The notes under the pieces were generated by a model that was not told the origin of the DNA, searched no databases, and was given only the letters and a program-made list of their open reading frames with translations. Source: an uncultured Pelagibacteraceae bacterium (GTDB lineage: Bacteria; Pseudomonadota; Alphaproteobacteria; Pelagibacterales; Pelagibacteraceae). From it: DNA of 64,000 nucleotides. The stretch is taken from NCBI GenBank assembly GCA_902624635.1, contig CACNYD010000001.1:52766-116765 (forward strand). The letters are read 5' to 3'. Both the position numbers and the translations under genes were made by a program. Below are positions 1 to 12,506 of this stretch, piece by piece. Each line of letters begins with the position of its first letter. The stretch's first letter is position 1.

Positions 1-236
1 GTTATTGGTGGAATGGAGATAAATATTTAGGACCAGCAGTTTTATTACAAGCTTATAGATGGATAATTGATAGCAGAGATGAGGAAAGACAAGCTAGATT
101 AAAAAAAGTTGCAGATGAACTTAAGTTATATCGTTGCCATACTATTTTGAACTGTACTAGCGCATGCCCCAAAGGTTTAAATCCTGCAAAGGCAATTGCC
201 GAAATAAAAAAAATGTTAGCAACAGCTAATATTTAA
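1..236 (+). CDS. sdhB: Succinate dehydrogenase iron-sulfur subunit, 3' part (truncated by window edge)
   Basis: Manual translation from nt 3: [27 protein letters not shown]...[24 protein letters not shown], the SdhB C-terminal Fe-S motif; TAA at 234-236. Confidence 0.96.
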   Translation, partial: YWWNGDKYLGPAVLLQAYRWIIDSRDEERQARLKKVADELKLYRCHTILNCTSACPKGLNPAKAIAEIKKMLATANI

Positions 237-278
237 ACAATAGACTAATAAGAATTTTTACTCTAAAAGATCCTATTC

Positions 279-1772
279 ATGAAATTAATTGAACATTTTG
301 TAGGTGGAAAAATAATTCCCGGTAAATCAGATAAAAAAGGAAAAGTTTTTAATCCTGCTACTGGTGAACAAGAGAAGGAAGTAAGACTTGCTTCTTCAGG
401 TGATTTAGATCAAGCAGTAGTGATCGCAAAAAAAGCTTTTGAAACATGGTCATTAAAACCTTCCCTTCAAAGAGCGAGAATAATGTTTAAATTTAAAGAG
501 CTAATTGAAAAAAATTCTGATGAACTTACACAATTAATTGTTTCTGAACATGGAAAAGTTTATGAAGACGCAAAAGGGTCATTAACAAGAGGATTAGAAG
601 TCGTTGAATTTGCTTGTGGAATTCCACATTTATTAAAAGGTGAATTTTCAGAAAATGTAGGTACAGATGTTGACAGTTGGTCAATGCGTCAACCATTAGG
701 TGTTGTTGCTGGAATTACGCCATTTAATTTTCCAGCTATGGTTCCAATGTGGATGTTTCCAATCGCTATTGCATGTGGAAATACATTTATATTAAAACCA
801 TCTGAAAAAGATCCCTCTTGCGCAATAAGATTAGCAGAATTATTAAAAGAAGCTGGTCTTCCAGATGGGGTATTTAATGTGATTAATGGAGACAAAGAGT
901 CAGTAGATGCAATTTTAACTAACAAAGACATTAAAGCAGTTAGTTTTGTCGGTTCAACTCCCATAGCGAAATATATTTATGAGAATTCAGCAAAAAATGA
1001 AAAAAGAGTACAGGCATTAGGTGGAGCTAAAAATCATTTAGTAGTAATGCCAGACTGTGATTTAGATGGTGCAGTGAATGGTTTAATGGGTGCAGCTTAT
1101 GGCTCCGCTGGAGAAAGATGTATGGCTCAGTCGGTTGCTGTAGCTGTTGGTGATATTGGAGATGAACTTGTTTCTAGATTATCAAAAAAAGCAGAGGCTT
1201 TAAAAGTTGGACCAGGAATGGACAAAAATTCTGAAATGGGTCCTTTAGTTACCAAAGAACATTTAGAAAAAGTAAAAAGTTATGTTGATTTAGGTATAAA
1301 AGAAGGTGCAAAATTAGTTGTCGATGGAAGAAACTTGAAATTACAAGGGTATGAAAATGGCTTTTATATTGGTGGTTGTTTATTTGATAATGTTTCAAAA
1401 GACATGAGAATTTACAAAGAGGAAATATTTGGCCCAGTTCTATCAGTTGTTAGAGTTAAAACTTTTGAGGAGGCCTTGAAATTAATAAATGATCATGAAT
1501 ATGGAAATGGTGTAAGTATTTATACTAGAGATGGAGATGCAGGGAGAACATTTGCAAGCAAAATTCAAGTTGGAATGGTTGGTATTAATGTGCCAATACC
1601 TGTGCCGATGGCTTTTCACAGTTTTGGTGGTTGGAAAAGATCTTTGTTTGGAGATAGCGCAATGCATGGTATGGAAGGAATAAAGTTTTATACTAAATTA
1701 AAAACTATAACTTCAAGATGGCCCTCAGGAATTAGATCTAATGCTGAATTTGTGATGCCAACAATGAAATAA
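279..1772 (+). CDS. mmsA: CoA-acylating (methyl)malonate-semialdehyde dehydrogenase
   Basis: ALDH fold: GITPFNFPAM, FVGST, GGAKNH, GSAGERCMA (catalytic Cys), EEIFGPV, NVPIPVP. Confidence 0.93.
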   Translation: MKLIEHFVGGKIIPGKSDKKGKVFNPATGEQEKEVRLASSGDLDQAVVIAKKAFETWSLKPSLQRARIMFKFKELIEKNSDELTQLIVSEHGKVYEDAKGSLTRGLEVVEFACGIPHLLKGEFSENVGTDVDSWSMRQPLGVVAGITPFNFPAMVPMWMFPIAIACGNTFILKPSEKDPSCAIRLAELLKEAGLPDGVFNVINGDKESVDAILTNKDIKAVSFVGSTPIAKYIYENSAKNEKRVQALGGAKNHLVVMPDCDLDGAVNGLMGAAYGSAGERCMAQSVAVAVGDIGDELVSRLSKKAEALKVGPGMDKNSEMGPLVTKEHLEKVKSYVDLGIKEGAKLVVDGRNLKLQGYENGFYIGGCLFDNVSKDMRIYKEEIFGPVLSVVRVKTFEEALKLINDHEYGNGVSIYTRDGDAGRTFASKIQVGMVGINVPIPVPMAFHSFGGWKRSLFGDSAMHGMEGIKFYTKLKTITSRWPSGIRSNAEFVMPTMK

Positions 1773-2740
<968 letters not shown>

Positions 2741-2741
<1 letters not shown>

Positions 2742-3901
2742 TGAACATACACGAGCATCAAGCTAAACAAATTTTGAAAAAATTTGGAGCAACTGTACCA
2801 GAGGGTGTATTTAGCTCAACAGTTGAAGAGCTTTTAGAGAAATGTAAATCACTAAAAACGGAAAAATATGTTTTAAAAGCCCAAATTCATGCAGGTGGAA
2901 GAGGAAAAGTTGGAGGTATTAAAATTCTAAATACTCTCGAGGAACTTGAGAAATCTGCTAAAGAACTTTTAGGAAAAAAATTAATAACTCATCAGACTGG
3001 ACCAGAAGGAAGAGAAGTTAAAAGATTATATGTCGAAGCTTCGTCAAATATTGAAAAAGAATTTTATTTATCATGTCTAGTAGATAGAGCTACTTCAAAA
3101 ATTGCATTTATCTCTAGTTACCAAGGCGGAATGGATATTGAGGATGTAGCAAGCAAATCACCAGATAAGATTTTGACAACTAAAATAGATTTAAAAGATA
3201 AAATCTCAAATGAGGAATGTGAAAAAATTATCCAAATATTTAAATTAGAGAATAATTCAAAAAATGAGGCAATATCTTTAATTAAATCAATTTATAAGAT
3301 GTTTATAGAAACTGACGCAAATTTGGTTGAAATAAACCCTTTAATACTTACAAAAGAAAAGAAAATTATTTGTTTAGATGCAAAGGTTATTTTTGATAGT
3401 AACGCTTTATTTAGACATCCTGAAATTTTAAAACTGCGGGATCTTAATGAGGAAGATCCTACTGAAATTGAAGCCAGTAAGCATGAACTTGCCTATATTA
3501 AATTAGATGGCAGTATTGGATGTATGGTTAATGGAGCTGGCTTAGCAATGGCCACTATGGATATAATAAAATTATATGGAGAAGAGCCGGCAAATTTTTT
3601 AGATGTTGGTGGAGGAGCATCCAAAGAAAAAGTTTCAGCAGCTTTCAAAATAATCTTGTCAGACGAAAATGTTAAGGGAATATTAATAAATATTTTTGGT
3701 GGAATAATGAGATGCGATGTTCTAGCCCAAGGCGTTGTAGATGCTGCAAAAGAAATGAAAATTAATGTTCCTTTAGTTATAAGACTTGCCGGTACCAACT
3801 TTAAAGAAGGTAAAAAAATATTAGATAGTTCAGGTTTAAAATTAATATCTGCTGAAAATTTGGATGATGCGGCAAAAAAAATTGTAAAGGCAATAAAATA
3901 A
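2741..3901 (+). CDS. sucC: Succinyl-CoA synthetase beta subunit
   Basis: MNIHEHQAK, KAQIHAGGRGK, GCMVNGAGLAMATMD, NIFGGIMRCD. Confidence 0.98.
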
Positions 3902-4777
3902 ATGTCAGTTTTAGTCAATAAAAATACTAGATTAATTTGTCAAGGATTTACAGGTTCTCATGGAACTTTTCATTCTGAGCAGGCAATAAAATATGGAACA
4001 AATTTAGTTGGAGGGGTGACACCAAAAAAAGGTGGCCAAAAACATTTAGGTCTTCCAGTTTTTAATACAGTTAAAGAGGCAAAAGACTCCGAGGGAGCTA
4101 ATGCAACAATGATATATGTTCCAGCCAAATTTGCTGCATCAGCAATTGTTGAGGCGATCGATGCATCTATAGAATTGATTGTATGTATAACTGAGGGAAT
4201 TCCTATTCTGGATATGATAAGGATTAAACAGAAATTAAATAATTCAAAAAGTAGATTAATTGGCCCTAATTGTCCTGGTATCATAACTCCTGATGAGTGT
4301 AAGATCGGCATCATGCCTGGCAACATTCATAAAAAAGGAACTGTTGGAATAGTTTCAAGATCAGGAACTTTAACTTATGAAGCAGTTGCGCAGACCACAG
4401 AAAATGGGCTAGGACAATCAACTTGTATTGGAATTGGCGGTGACCCCATAAATGGTACGAATTTTATAGATTGTTTAGATTTATTTTTAAATGATGAAGA
4501 TACTCAATCAATTTTAATGATTGGTGAAATCGGTGGAACTGCTGAGGAAGACGCCGCAGATTTTATTAATAATCATAAAATAAAAAAACCAATTGTTGGA
4601 TTTATAGCTGGCGTGACTGCTCCACCAGGACGAAGAATGGGTCATGCAGGAGCTATAATTTCAGGTGGTAAAGGTGGTGCAAAAGAAAAGATAAAAAAAA
4701 TGGAGGATTGTGGAATAACTATGGCAAACTCTCCATCAAAAATTGGCAAGACATTATTAAATAAATTGTCTAATTGA
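3902..4777 (+). CDS. sucD: Succinyl-CoA synthetase alpha subunit
   Basis: [27 protein letters not shown] (phospho-His). Confidence 0.98.
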   Translation: MSVLVNKNTRLICQGFTGSHGTFHSEQAIKYGTNLVGGVTPKKGGQKHLGLPVFNTVKEAKDSEGANATMIYVPAKFAASAIVEAIDASIELIVCITEGIPILDMIRIKQKLNNSKSRLIGPNCPGIITPDECKIGIMPGNIHKKGTVGIVSRSGTLTYEAVAQTTENGLGQSTCIGIGGDPINGTNFIDCLDLFLNDEDTQSILMIGEIGGTAEEDAADFINNHKIKKPIVGFIAGVTAPPGRRMGHAGAIISGGKGGAKEKIKKMEDCGITMANSPSKIGKTLLNKLSN

Positions 4778-4812
4778 AAAATTTCTTTCTAGGTCTATAT
4801 TAACCAATAGCG

Positions 4813-7686
4813 ATGTCATCTTCTAAAAATCTTGAGTTTGAAAAAACTGCTTTTTTAAGCAAATCAAATAGCGCTTTTATTGAGGAGATGTATCTTAAGT
4901 TTGTTAATAATGATCCATCCTTACCTGATAGCTGGAAAATATATTTTGATCAGATAGGTGATGAGGCAGACATAATTGTAAATGAAATAAATGGTCCATC
5001 CTGGAGTCCATCAAAAAAAGTATCAATTAGAAAATTGCAAAATTCAAATAATGGAAACAAAAATCAAGCTGAATTAGTTTCAAAACAATCTAATGCAAAT
5101 TCTATAAAGGCTGTTGCTATGATTAGATCTTACAGGCAGAGAGGTCATTTGATTGCCAAATTAGACCCCTTAGGACTTTTAAAGGCAGATTATTTAGAAG
5201 AACTTCATCCTGAGTCATATGGATTTAAGAAGGAGAAATATAATGATAAAATTTTTTTAGATGGAGTCATTAATAGACAACATTCTAGTGTCTCTGAAAT
5301 TTTAAAATTTTTAAGAGATAAATATTGTGGATCCTTAGGTTTTGAATATATGCATATTTCAAATCCAACTGAAAGAAAATGGTTTAGAGATAGAGTTGAA
5401 AAAGCCGATGATTTTAAATTTACACAGAATGGAAAAGAGGCTATTCTCAAAAAACTTATTCAAGCCGAAGGTTTTGAAAAATTTTTACACACAAAATATG
5501 TAGGAACAAAAAGATTTGGTTTGGATGGAGGTGAGAGTTTAATTCCTGCTCTTGAGCAAATAATTAAAATTGGTGGTCAATCAAAAGTAAAGGAAGTTAA
5601 AATAGGAATGTCTCATAGAGGAAGATTGAACGTTTTAGCAAACGTTCTACAAAAATCTTATAAAAGAATTTTTAATGAATTTGCTGGAGAGATTAGTTCA
5701 AAATCAGAGGACGATACAGGAGATGTCAAATATCATTTAGGCGCGTCTTCAAACAGAGAATTTGATGGAAATCAAGTACATGTAAGTTTAACAGATAATC
5801 CATCTCATCTTGAAGCAGTGAACCCTGTAGTTTTAGGACAAACGAGAGCTAAACAATATTTCCATAAGGATAAGGAGAGAAATAAAGTTATCCCAATTTT
5901 AATTCATGGAGATGCAGCCTTTGCAGGCCAAGGAGTTGTAGCAGAATGTTTTGCTATGTCTGGTCTTCCAGGTCATAATACAGGTGGAACTATCCATATT
6001 ATAGTAAATAACCAAATAGGATTTACTACAAGTCCAAGATTTGCAAGATCATCACCATATCCTTCCGATATTGCTAAAATGGTTGAAGCACCAATTATTC
6101 ATGTTAACGGAGACGATCCCGAGGCAGTTGTTTATGCTGCAAGAATAGCAACCGACTTTAGATTAAAATTTAATAGAGATGTTGTTATAGACTTAATTTG
6201 TTATCGAAGATTCGGACATAATGAGGGAGATGAACCGTCTTTTACTCAACCATTAATGTATAAAAAAATCCGTTCACATCCCTCACCTATTAAAGTTTAT
6301 GGTGAAAAATTAATTAATGAGGGATCAATTACAGATGATTATTTAAGAAAATCTATAAAAGAATTTAAGGAGTTACTTGATGATCAATATAAAAATGCAA
6401 AAAATTATAAGCCTAAAATTGAATGGTTTGAGGGCACATGGTCAAGATATAAACCATCGAGAGGAAAAGATAAAAGAGGCGTTACAGGTTACGACTTAAA
6501 AAAATTAAAAATTATTTCAGAAAAAATAAATACAATCCCAAAAGAGATTAACATTCACAAAACTATTGCTAAAGTCTTAGAAAATAGAAAATCAAACCTT
6601 AATAATGAGGAAAAAATTGATTGGTCTTCAGCTGAAGCTTTGGCTTTTGGATCTTTGTTAGAGGAAGGGTATCCAGTAAGATTGGTTGGCCAGGACTCAG
6701 GAAGAGGTACATTTAGTCAAAGACATTCAGTATTAAGAAATCAAATTGATAATTCTCGATATATTCCATTAAATAAAATATCTAATAAACAGAAAAATTT
6801 TGAAATAGTAGATAGTTTCTTATCTGAATTAGCAGTTCTAGGCTTTGAATATGGCTATAGCTTAGTTGAACCTAATACACTTACAATTTGGGAAGCTCAA
6901 TTTGGTGATTTTGCTAATGGTGCCCAAGTTGTTATAGATCAATTTATTGCTTCAGGAGAAAGAAAATGGTCAAGAGCTTCTGGATTAGTTATGTTATTAC
7001 CTCATGGCTATGAAGGTCAAGGTCCAGAGCACTCTTCTGCTCGATTAGAAAGATTTTTACAATTATGCTCAAATGACAATATGCAGATAATGAATTGCAC
7101 AACACCTGCAAATTATTTTCATGCATTAAGAAGACAAATGCACAGAGATTTCAGAAAACCTCTAATTATAATGACTCCCAAATCTTTACTTAGACATAAG
7201 CATTGTGTGTCAAACTTAAGTGATTTTAGTAAACAAAATACATTTCATAGAGTCTTGTGGGATCACGCAATAGATCCAAAGTTAAAAGGTTTCATTAAAT
7301 TGAAAAAAAAGGAAAAAATTAAAAAGGTAATTCTATGTTCAGGAAAAATTTATTTTGATTTGCTTGAGGCTAGAGAAAAATTAAAAAAAGATGATCTTGT
7401 ATTTTATAGGATTGAGCAACTTTATCCTTTTCCAGTAAAGTCACTTGTGAAGGAGCTAAAACCTTATGCTAAAAATGGTAAATTTTATTGGTGTCAGGAA
7501 GAGCCAAAAAATATGGGAGCCTGGTTTTCAGTTCGAGATTATATCCAATGGACATTAGATAATATAAAGGCTAATAATAAAGAGATTTCTTATATTGGAA
7601 GAAGTCCAGATGCATCACCAGCTACTGGTTATGCAAAAAGACATGTTTCACAACAACAAGAAATTATTAAGAAAGTTTTTGAATAA
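4813..7686 (+). CDS. sucA: 2-oxoglutarate dehydrogenase E1
   Basis: KRFGLDGGE, HRGRLN, GDVKYHLG, HGDAAFAGQG, GQDSGRGTFSQRH, PEHSSARLERF. Confidence 0.98.
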   Translation: MSSSKNLEFEKTAFLSKSNSAFIEEMYLKFVNNDPSLPDSWKIYFDQIGDEADIIVNEINGPSWSPSKKVSIRKLQNSNNGNKNQAELVSKQSNANSIKAVAMIRSYRQRGHLIAKLDPLGLLKADYLEELHPESYGFKKEKYNDKIFLDGVINRQHSSVSEILKFLRDKYCGSLGFEYMHISNPTERKWFRDRVEKADDFKFTQNGKEAILKKLIQAEGFEKFLHTKYVGTKRFGLDGGESLIPALEQIIKIGGQSKVKEVKIGMSHRGRLNVLANVLQKSYKRIFNEFAGEISSKSEDDTGDVKYHLGASSNREFDGNQVHVSLTDNPSHLEAVNPVVLGQTRAKQYFHKDKERNKVIPILIHGDAAFAGQGVVAECFAMSGLPGHNTGGTIHIIVNNQIGFTTSPRFARSSPYPSDIAKMVEAPIIHVNGDDPEAVVYAARIATDFRLKFNRDVVIDLICYRRFGHNEGDEPSFTQPLMYKKIRSHPSPIKVYGEKLINEGSITDDYLRKSIKEFKELLDDQYKNAKNYKPKIEWFEGTWSRYKPSRGKDKRGVTGYDLKKLKIISEKINTIPKEINIHKTIAKVLENRKSNLNNEEKIDWSSAEALAFGSLLEEGYPVRLVGQDSGRGTFSQRHSVLRNQIDNSRYIPLNKISNKQKNFEIVDSFLSELAVLGFEYGYSLVEPNTLTIWEAQFGDFANGAQVVIDQFIASGERKWSRASGLVMLLPHGYEGQGPEHSSARLERFLQLCSNDNMQIMNCTTPANYFHALRRQMHRDFRKPLIIMTPKSLLRHKHCVSNLSDFSKQNTFHRVLWDHAIDPKLKGFIKLKKKEKIKKVILCSGKIYFDLLEAREKLKKDDLVFYRIEQLYPFPVKSLVKELKPYAKNGKFYWCQEEPKNMGAWFSVRDYIQWTLDNIKANNKEISYIGRSPDASPATGYAKRHVSQQQEIIKKVFE

Positions 7687-7692
7687 TTTGAA

Positions 7693-9018
7693 ATGAGTGA
7701 AAAAATATTAGTTCCAGTTTTAGGTGAGAGTATTACAGAAGCTACAGTTTCCAAATGGTTAAAGAATAAAGGAGAGACAGTTGATGCAGATGAACCAATT
7801 GTCGAATTAGAGACTGACAAAGTTAATTTAGAGGTACCGTCTCCTGTTTCAGGAAAATTAATTGAGATTAATTCCAAAGATGGGTCGACTGTAAAAGTGG
7901 GTGAAATTTTAGGTTTAGTTACTGAAATTCAAGGTGAAATTAAAAAATCAAATGAAATAAAGAAAATTCAGCCTTCAAATTTTCATAAAAATGAGGAACC
8001 TAAAGAAAATGATAATATAATAAAGTTAGATCCGATTAAAGAACAAGCAGAACTAGATATATTTGATGAAAAAAATGACGTGAACGAGGTAAAAGAGGAG
8101 CCACTTGTTTTAACACAGGAAATAAAAAATAGCGAAATAGAGGAAAATCCTACAGAGGAAAGTCAAACATTATCTCCAGCAGTAAGAAAAATGGTGAATG
8201 AAAACAATATTGACGTTACGTCAATAAAAGGATCTGGAAAAGATGGAAGAATTCTTAAGGGCGATTTAATAAGCTTAATGGGAGTTAATCCTCCACCTTC
8301 AGATAGAAAAATTAAACACGGTCAAGAAGAGCGCATTAAAATGACAAGGTTGAGGCAAACTATTGCTAAAAGACTAAAGCAAGCACAGGAAAATGCAGCC
8401 CTACTTACCACTTTTAACGAAGTGGATATGACAAATATAATGAATATGAGAAAAGAAAATCAAGAAGATTTTCAAAATCGATACGGTATTAAACTTGGCT
8501 TTATGTCATTCTTTGTTAAGGCTTGTATTGTGGCCTTAAAAAATTTTCCAGCTGTTAACGCTGAAATAGAGGGAGACACAATTGTTTACAAAAATTATTA
8601 TAATATAAGTTTTGCAGTTGGAACAGACAAAGGTCTTGTAGTTCCAGTTTTAAAGAATGCTGATGAACTATCTTTTGCAGATATTGAAAAAAAAATTAAA
8701 GAAATTTCTGAAAAAGCAAAAGAGGGAAAACTTGTGATTGAAGATCTCCAAGGAGGTACTTTTACTATTAGCAATGGCGGAGTTTATGGGTCAATGCTTT
8801 CCACTCCAATACTAAACTTACCTCAGTCTGGTGTGTTAGGTATGCATAATATTGTTGATAGACCAATTGTAGTGGATGGTGAAATCAAGATAAGACCTGT
8901 AATGTATTTAGCTTTATCTTATGATCATAGAATTATTGATGGCAAAGAGTCTGTATCCTTTCTTAAAATGATCAAAGAAAGTCTTGAGGATCCTAGAAGG
9001 TTATTTTTGGATATTTAG
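7693..9018 (+). CDS. sucB: Dihydrolipoyllysine succinyltransferase E2
   Basis: Lipoyl domain ETDKV, E3-binding domain SPAVRK...GSGKDGRI, catalytic DHRIIDG. Confidence 0.97.
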   Translation: MSEKILVPVLGESITEATVSKWLKNKGETVDADEPIVELETDKVNLEVPSPVSGKLIEINSKDGSTVKVGEILGLVTEIQGEIKKSNEIKKIQPSNFHKNEEPKENDNIIKLDPIKEQAELDIFDEKNDVNEVKEEPLVLTQEIKNSEIEENPTEESQTLSPAVRKMVNENNIDVTSIKGSGKDGRILKGDLISLMGVNPPPSDRKIKHGQEERIKMTRLRQTIAKRLKQAQENAALLTTFNEVDMTNIMNMRKENQEDFQNRYGIKLGFMSFFVKACIVALKNFPAVNAEIEGDTIVYKNYYNISFAVGTDKGLVVPVLKNADELSFADIEKKIKEISEKAKEGKLVIEDLQGGTFTISNGGVYGSMLSTPILNLPQSGVLGMHNIVDRPIVVDGEIKIRPVMYLALSYDHRIIDGKESVSFLKMIKESLEDPRRLFLDI

Positions 9019-9019
9019 A

Positions 9020-10420
9020 ATGTCAGAAAAATTTCAAGCAGTAGTTATTGGAGGTGGCCCAGGAGGTTATGTTTGCGCAATTAGACTTGCCCAACTAGGA
9101 TTAAAAACTGCATGTATAGAGTCTAGAGGGTCTCTTGGTGGCACATGTCTGAATATTGGCTGTATCCCTTCAAAAAGCTTGCTTAATTTGTCTGAGGAAT
9201 TTCACAAAGTTAAAGGTTTAGCAAATAAAGGTATTGAAATAGGAGAAGTAAAATTAAATCTGGATAAAATGATGAAGAGCAAGGACAAAGCAGTCACTAT
9301 TCTTACAAAAGGTGTGGAATTTCTTTTGAAAAAAAACAAAGTTACTTACTTTAAGGGCCACGGAAGTTTTAATTCAAAAAATGAAATTTTAATAAAAGAC
9401 GATCAAAAAAAAGAAATGATAATTCAAACTGAAAAAACAATTATAGCTACAGGATCTGTACCAGTATCTTTACCAGGTGTAGAAATTGATGAAAAAATAA
9501 TAGTTTCATCGACTGGAGCTTTAAAATTAGAGAAAGTACCTAATAAAATGGTTGTTGTTGGTGGAGGTTATATCGGTTTAGAAATGGGATCCGTATGGTC
9601 AAGACTTGGTGCTAAAGTAGATGTTGTTGAATTTTTAGATCATATAACTCCCGGTATGGATAAAGAAATTTCGTCTGAGTTTATGAAAATTCTTAAAAAA
9701 CAAGGAATGAAGTTTAATATGCAAAATAAAGTTGAAAAAATTCAAAAAAATAATTCAGGCGTAGTAGTTTCAACAATTGATAAAGACGGAAATAAAAATA
9801 ATTTTGAATGTGATGTGGTTTTAATTTCAGTTGGTAGAAAGCCAAATACAGAAGGTTTAAATTTAAAAAATGCAGGTGTGAGTTTAGATGAAAAAAATAG
9901 AATAAAAACTGATAAAGAATTTAAAACAAATGTTGAAAATATTTATGCTATAGGCGATGTGATTGATGGACCCATGCTGGCACATAAGGCTGAAGATGAA
10001 GGTATAGCAGTTGCAGAAAATATAGCGGGTCAATCAGGACATGTGAACTACGATACAATACCAGGTGTGGTGTATACCTCACCAGAAGTTGCATCAATTG
10101 GTAAAACAGAGGAGCAATTAAAACAGCTAAATAAAAGTTATAAGGTTGGAAAATTTTCATTTATGGCCAACTCTAGAGCCAAGGCTATTGATGATACCGA
10201 AGGGTTTGTTAAAATTCTTGCAGATGCTCAGACAGATAAAGTTTTAGGAGCACACATAATTGGACCACATGCAGGAGAATTAATAGCTGAAATAGGTGTT
10301 GCTATGGAATTTGGTGCAAGTGCTGAGGATATTGCGAGGACCTGTCACGCTCACCCAACTTTTTCTGAAGCTGTTAAAGAAGCCGCATTATCAGTAGATA
10401 AAAGGGCAATACACTCTTAA
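9020..10420 (+). CDS. lpdA: Dihydrolipoamide dehydrogenase E3 (start moved from 8984 to ATG 9020)
   Basis: GGGPGGY, GGTCLNIGCIPSK, GGGYIGLE, HAHPTFSE; ATG lies just after the sucB stop. Confidence 0.97.
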   Translation: MSEKFQAVVIGGGPGGYVCAIRLAQLGLKTACIESRGSLGGTCLNIGCIPSKSLLNLSEEFHKVKGLANKGIEIGEVKLNLDKMMKSKDKAVTILTKGVEFLLKKNKVTYFKGHGSFNSKNEILIKDDQKKEMIIQTEKTIIATGSVPVSLPGVEIDEKIIVSSTGALKLEKVPNKMVVVGGGYIGLEMGSVWSRLGAKVDVVEFLDHITPGMDKEISSEFMKILKKQGMKFNMQNKVEKIQKNNSGVVVSTIDKDGNKNNFECDVVLISVGRKPNTEGLNLKNAGVSLDEKNRIKTDKEFKTNVENIYAIGDVIDGPMLAHKAEDEGIAVAENIAGQSGHVNYDTIPGVVYTSPEVASIGKTEEQLKQLNKSYKVGKFSFMANSRAKAIDDTEGFVKILADAQTDKVLGAHIIGPHAGELIAEIGVAMEFGASAEDIARTCHAHPTFSEAVKEAALSVDKRAIHS

Positions 10421-10442
10421 TTTTTTTTCATATTATAAAAAT

Positions 10443-12398
10443 ATGAAATATCCGATTCTGCTACCAAATATTTTCAATCATGCTTTTACTTATGAAAGTG
10501 ATTTTAATCTTAAAGTTGGTGAATTTGTTCTTGTCCCTTTTGGAAAAACTAAAATAACAGGCGTGGTTTGGAATGAATTTGAAAAAAATAATAATAAGAA
10601 ATTTAAAATAAAAAGTATTCTAAAAAGACTGGACGTTAGTCCTTTAAAGAAAGATACGATAAATTTTTTGAATTGGTTTGCTGAGTATAATCTAATCCCT
10701 AAAGGAATGGCGTTAAAGCTTGTTTTATTGAGCAGTAAAGCAATTGAGAAAAAAGAAAAAAAACTTTTTGAACCTTTTCGTGATAAAATAAAAAGAAATT
10801 CCGTTACGTTATCTATCAACCAAATTAAATCTCTAGAAAAAATGAATAGTTCGAATAAAAAATTTAGAGTTCATGTTTTACAAGGAACAACTGGATCGGG
10901 TAAGACTTTAGTCTATTTTGAAGCATTAAAATCTTTAATAGAGAAGGGTTTTCAATCTTTAATTCTTTTACCAGAAATAGGTTTAACAAGTCAGTTTGAG
11001 CAAAAATTTTTCGAATATTTTGGATTTAATCCAGCAATTTGGCATTCTGGTATTTCAAAAAAGAAAAAAGAGATAATTTGGAGTGGTATTTCTTGTGGTG
11101 AAATTAAAGTGATAATTGGTGCAAGATCTTCGTTGTTTTTACCGTTTAAAAATTTAGGAATAATAATTGTCGATGAAGAGCATGATCAATCTTTCAAACA
11201 AGATGAAGGTGTTACCTATAATGCTCGTGATATGGCAATTTCAAGAGCATCGTTTGAAAACATTCCTATTAATTTGATTACAGCAGTCCCTTCCATAGAA
11301 ACTTTTGAAAATATTAAAAAAGGCAAATATGAAATTTCTAGATTAAGTGAAAGATATAAAAACGCAGCACTACCTAATTATGAAATTATTAATTTAAATA
11401 ATACAAAACTTGAGAAGCAATCATGGTTATCAGACAAGATAATTGAAAAAGTCAATTTACATCTTAAAAAAAAAGATCAAGTCCTATTTTTTTTAAATAG
11501 AAGAGGTTTTTCTCCTAATGCACTTTGCAATAAATGCTTTTTAAGTTTTTCGTGTCCAAATTGTACAATAAATCTGGTTTATCATAAAAACAAAAATAAT
11601 TTGATATGCCATTATTGTGGATTCAAATCAGAGTTAAAAAGAGATTGCAAGAAAGATGGCCAATGTGAATTTGTTTTTAGTGGACCAGGTGTTGAAAGAA
11701 TTTCAGAGGAGGTAAAAAAAAAATTTCCCGGTAAAAAAATAGATATTTTTTCGAGTGATACGATGAACAAAAAAGATTCTAAAGAAAAAATTAGAAAAAT
11801 AATAAATAATGAAATTCAAATTTTAGTAGGGACTCAATTAATATCAAAAGGTTTTCATTTTCCTCACTTGAATTGTATTGTTGTTGTAGATATTGATCTT
11901 TCTTCTCAAGGACACGATTTAAGGGGAGCTGAAAAGAATTTACAACTTTATCATCAACTTTCAGGGAGAGCTGGGAGAACTGGAAAACCAGCCACAGTTT
12001 ATTTTCAAACCTATGAAAGTAATTCTAAAATGATCTCTGAAATAACAAATAAAAATCCTGATATTTTTTTAGAAAGAGAATTAGAGATAAGAAAAAAAAA
12101 TAAACTTCCTCCTTATCAAAGATTTATTTCTTTAATCCTAACTGGAGAAAATGAAAAAAAATTAGAAAAAGAAGCTTTTAATCTCAGAAATTTTATTGAA
12201 AGTAAAATTAATGGAAAGATTTTGGGCCCAGTGAATGCACCACTCTTTAGATTAAAAAAAAAATTTAGGATAAGATTTTTGATAAGGGGATCAAAATCTA
12301 TGAGCATGCAGAGTTCTTTAGCAAAAATTATTCCAAAATATAAATTTCCTTCTGGAATAAAACTTTCAGTTGATGTTGATCCGATAAACTTCAATTAA
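10443..12398 (+). CDS. priA: Primosomal protein N' (replication restart helicase), compact form
   Basis: GTTGSGKT, LLPEIGL, DEEHD, NRRGF, Cys-rich Zn region, QLSGRAGR, C-terminal DVDP. Confidence 0.95.
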   Translation: MKYPILLPNIFNHAFTYESDFNLKVGEFVLVPFGKTKITGVVWNEFEKNNNKKFKIKSILKRLDVSPLKKDTINFLNWFAEYNLIPKGMALKLVLLSSKAIEKKEKKLFEPFRDKIKRNSVTLSINQIKSLEKMNSSNKKFRVHVLQGTTGSGKTLVYFEALKSLIEKGFQSLILLPEIGLTSQFEQKFFEYFGFNPAIWHSGISKKKKEIIWSGISCGEIKVIIGARSSLFLPFKNLGIIIVDEEHDQSFKQDEGVTYNARDMAISRASFENIPINLITAVPSIETFENIKKGKYEISRLSERYKNAALPNYEIINLNNTKLEKQSWLSDKIIEKVNLHLKKKDQVLFFLNRRGFSPNALCNKCFLSFSCPNCTINLVYHKNKNNLICHYCGFKSELKRDCKKDGQCEFVFSGPGVERISEEVKKKFPGKKIDIFSSDTMNKKDSKEKIRKIINNEIQILVGTQLISKGFHFPHLNCIVVVDIDLSSQGHDLRGAEKNLQLYHQLSGRAGRTGKPATVYFQTYESNSKMISEITNKNPDIFLERELEIRKKNKLPPYQRFISLILTGENEKKLEKEAFNLRNFIESKINGKILGPVNAPLFRLKKKFRIRFLIRGSKSMSMQSSLAKIIPKYKFPSGIKLSVDVDPINFN

Positions 12399-12418
12399 CC
12401 TATAAAAAATAGGCATTT

Positions 12419-12447
12419 TTGACATATCAGTCACTTGAAGACATAAG
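12419..12447 (+). promoter_or_regulatory. Probable sigma70 promoter of atpHAGDC
   Basis: TTGACA (12419-12424), 17 bp, CATAAG; about 60 nt upstream of the atpH TTG start, which has an AGGA SD. Confidence 0.5.
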
Positions 12448-12506
12448 GGTCATATGTTATTTAAAACGAGAATTTTTAATAATCTTCAACAAACATAGGA
12501 TACAAG

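Noticed and set aside
12399-12420. CCTAT-AAAAA-ATAGG mini-hairpin after priA as a terminator
   Set aside because: The 5-bp AT-rich stem is too weak to call, and it abuts the atp promoter.
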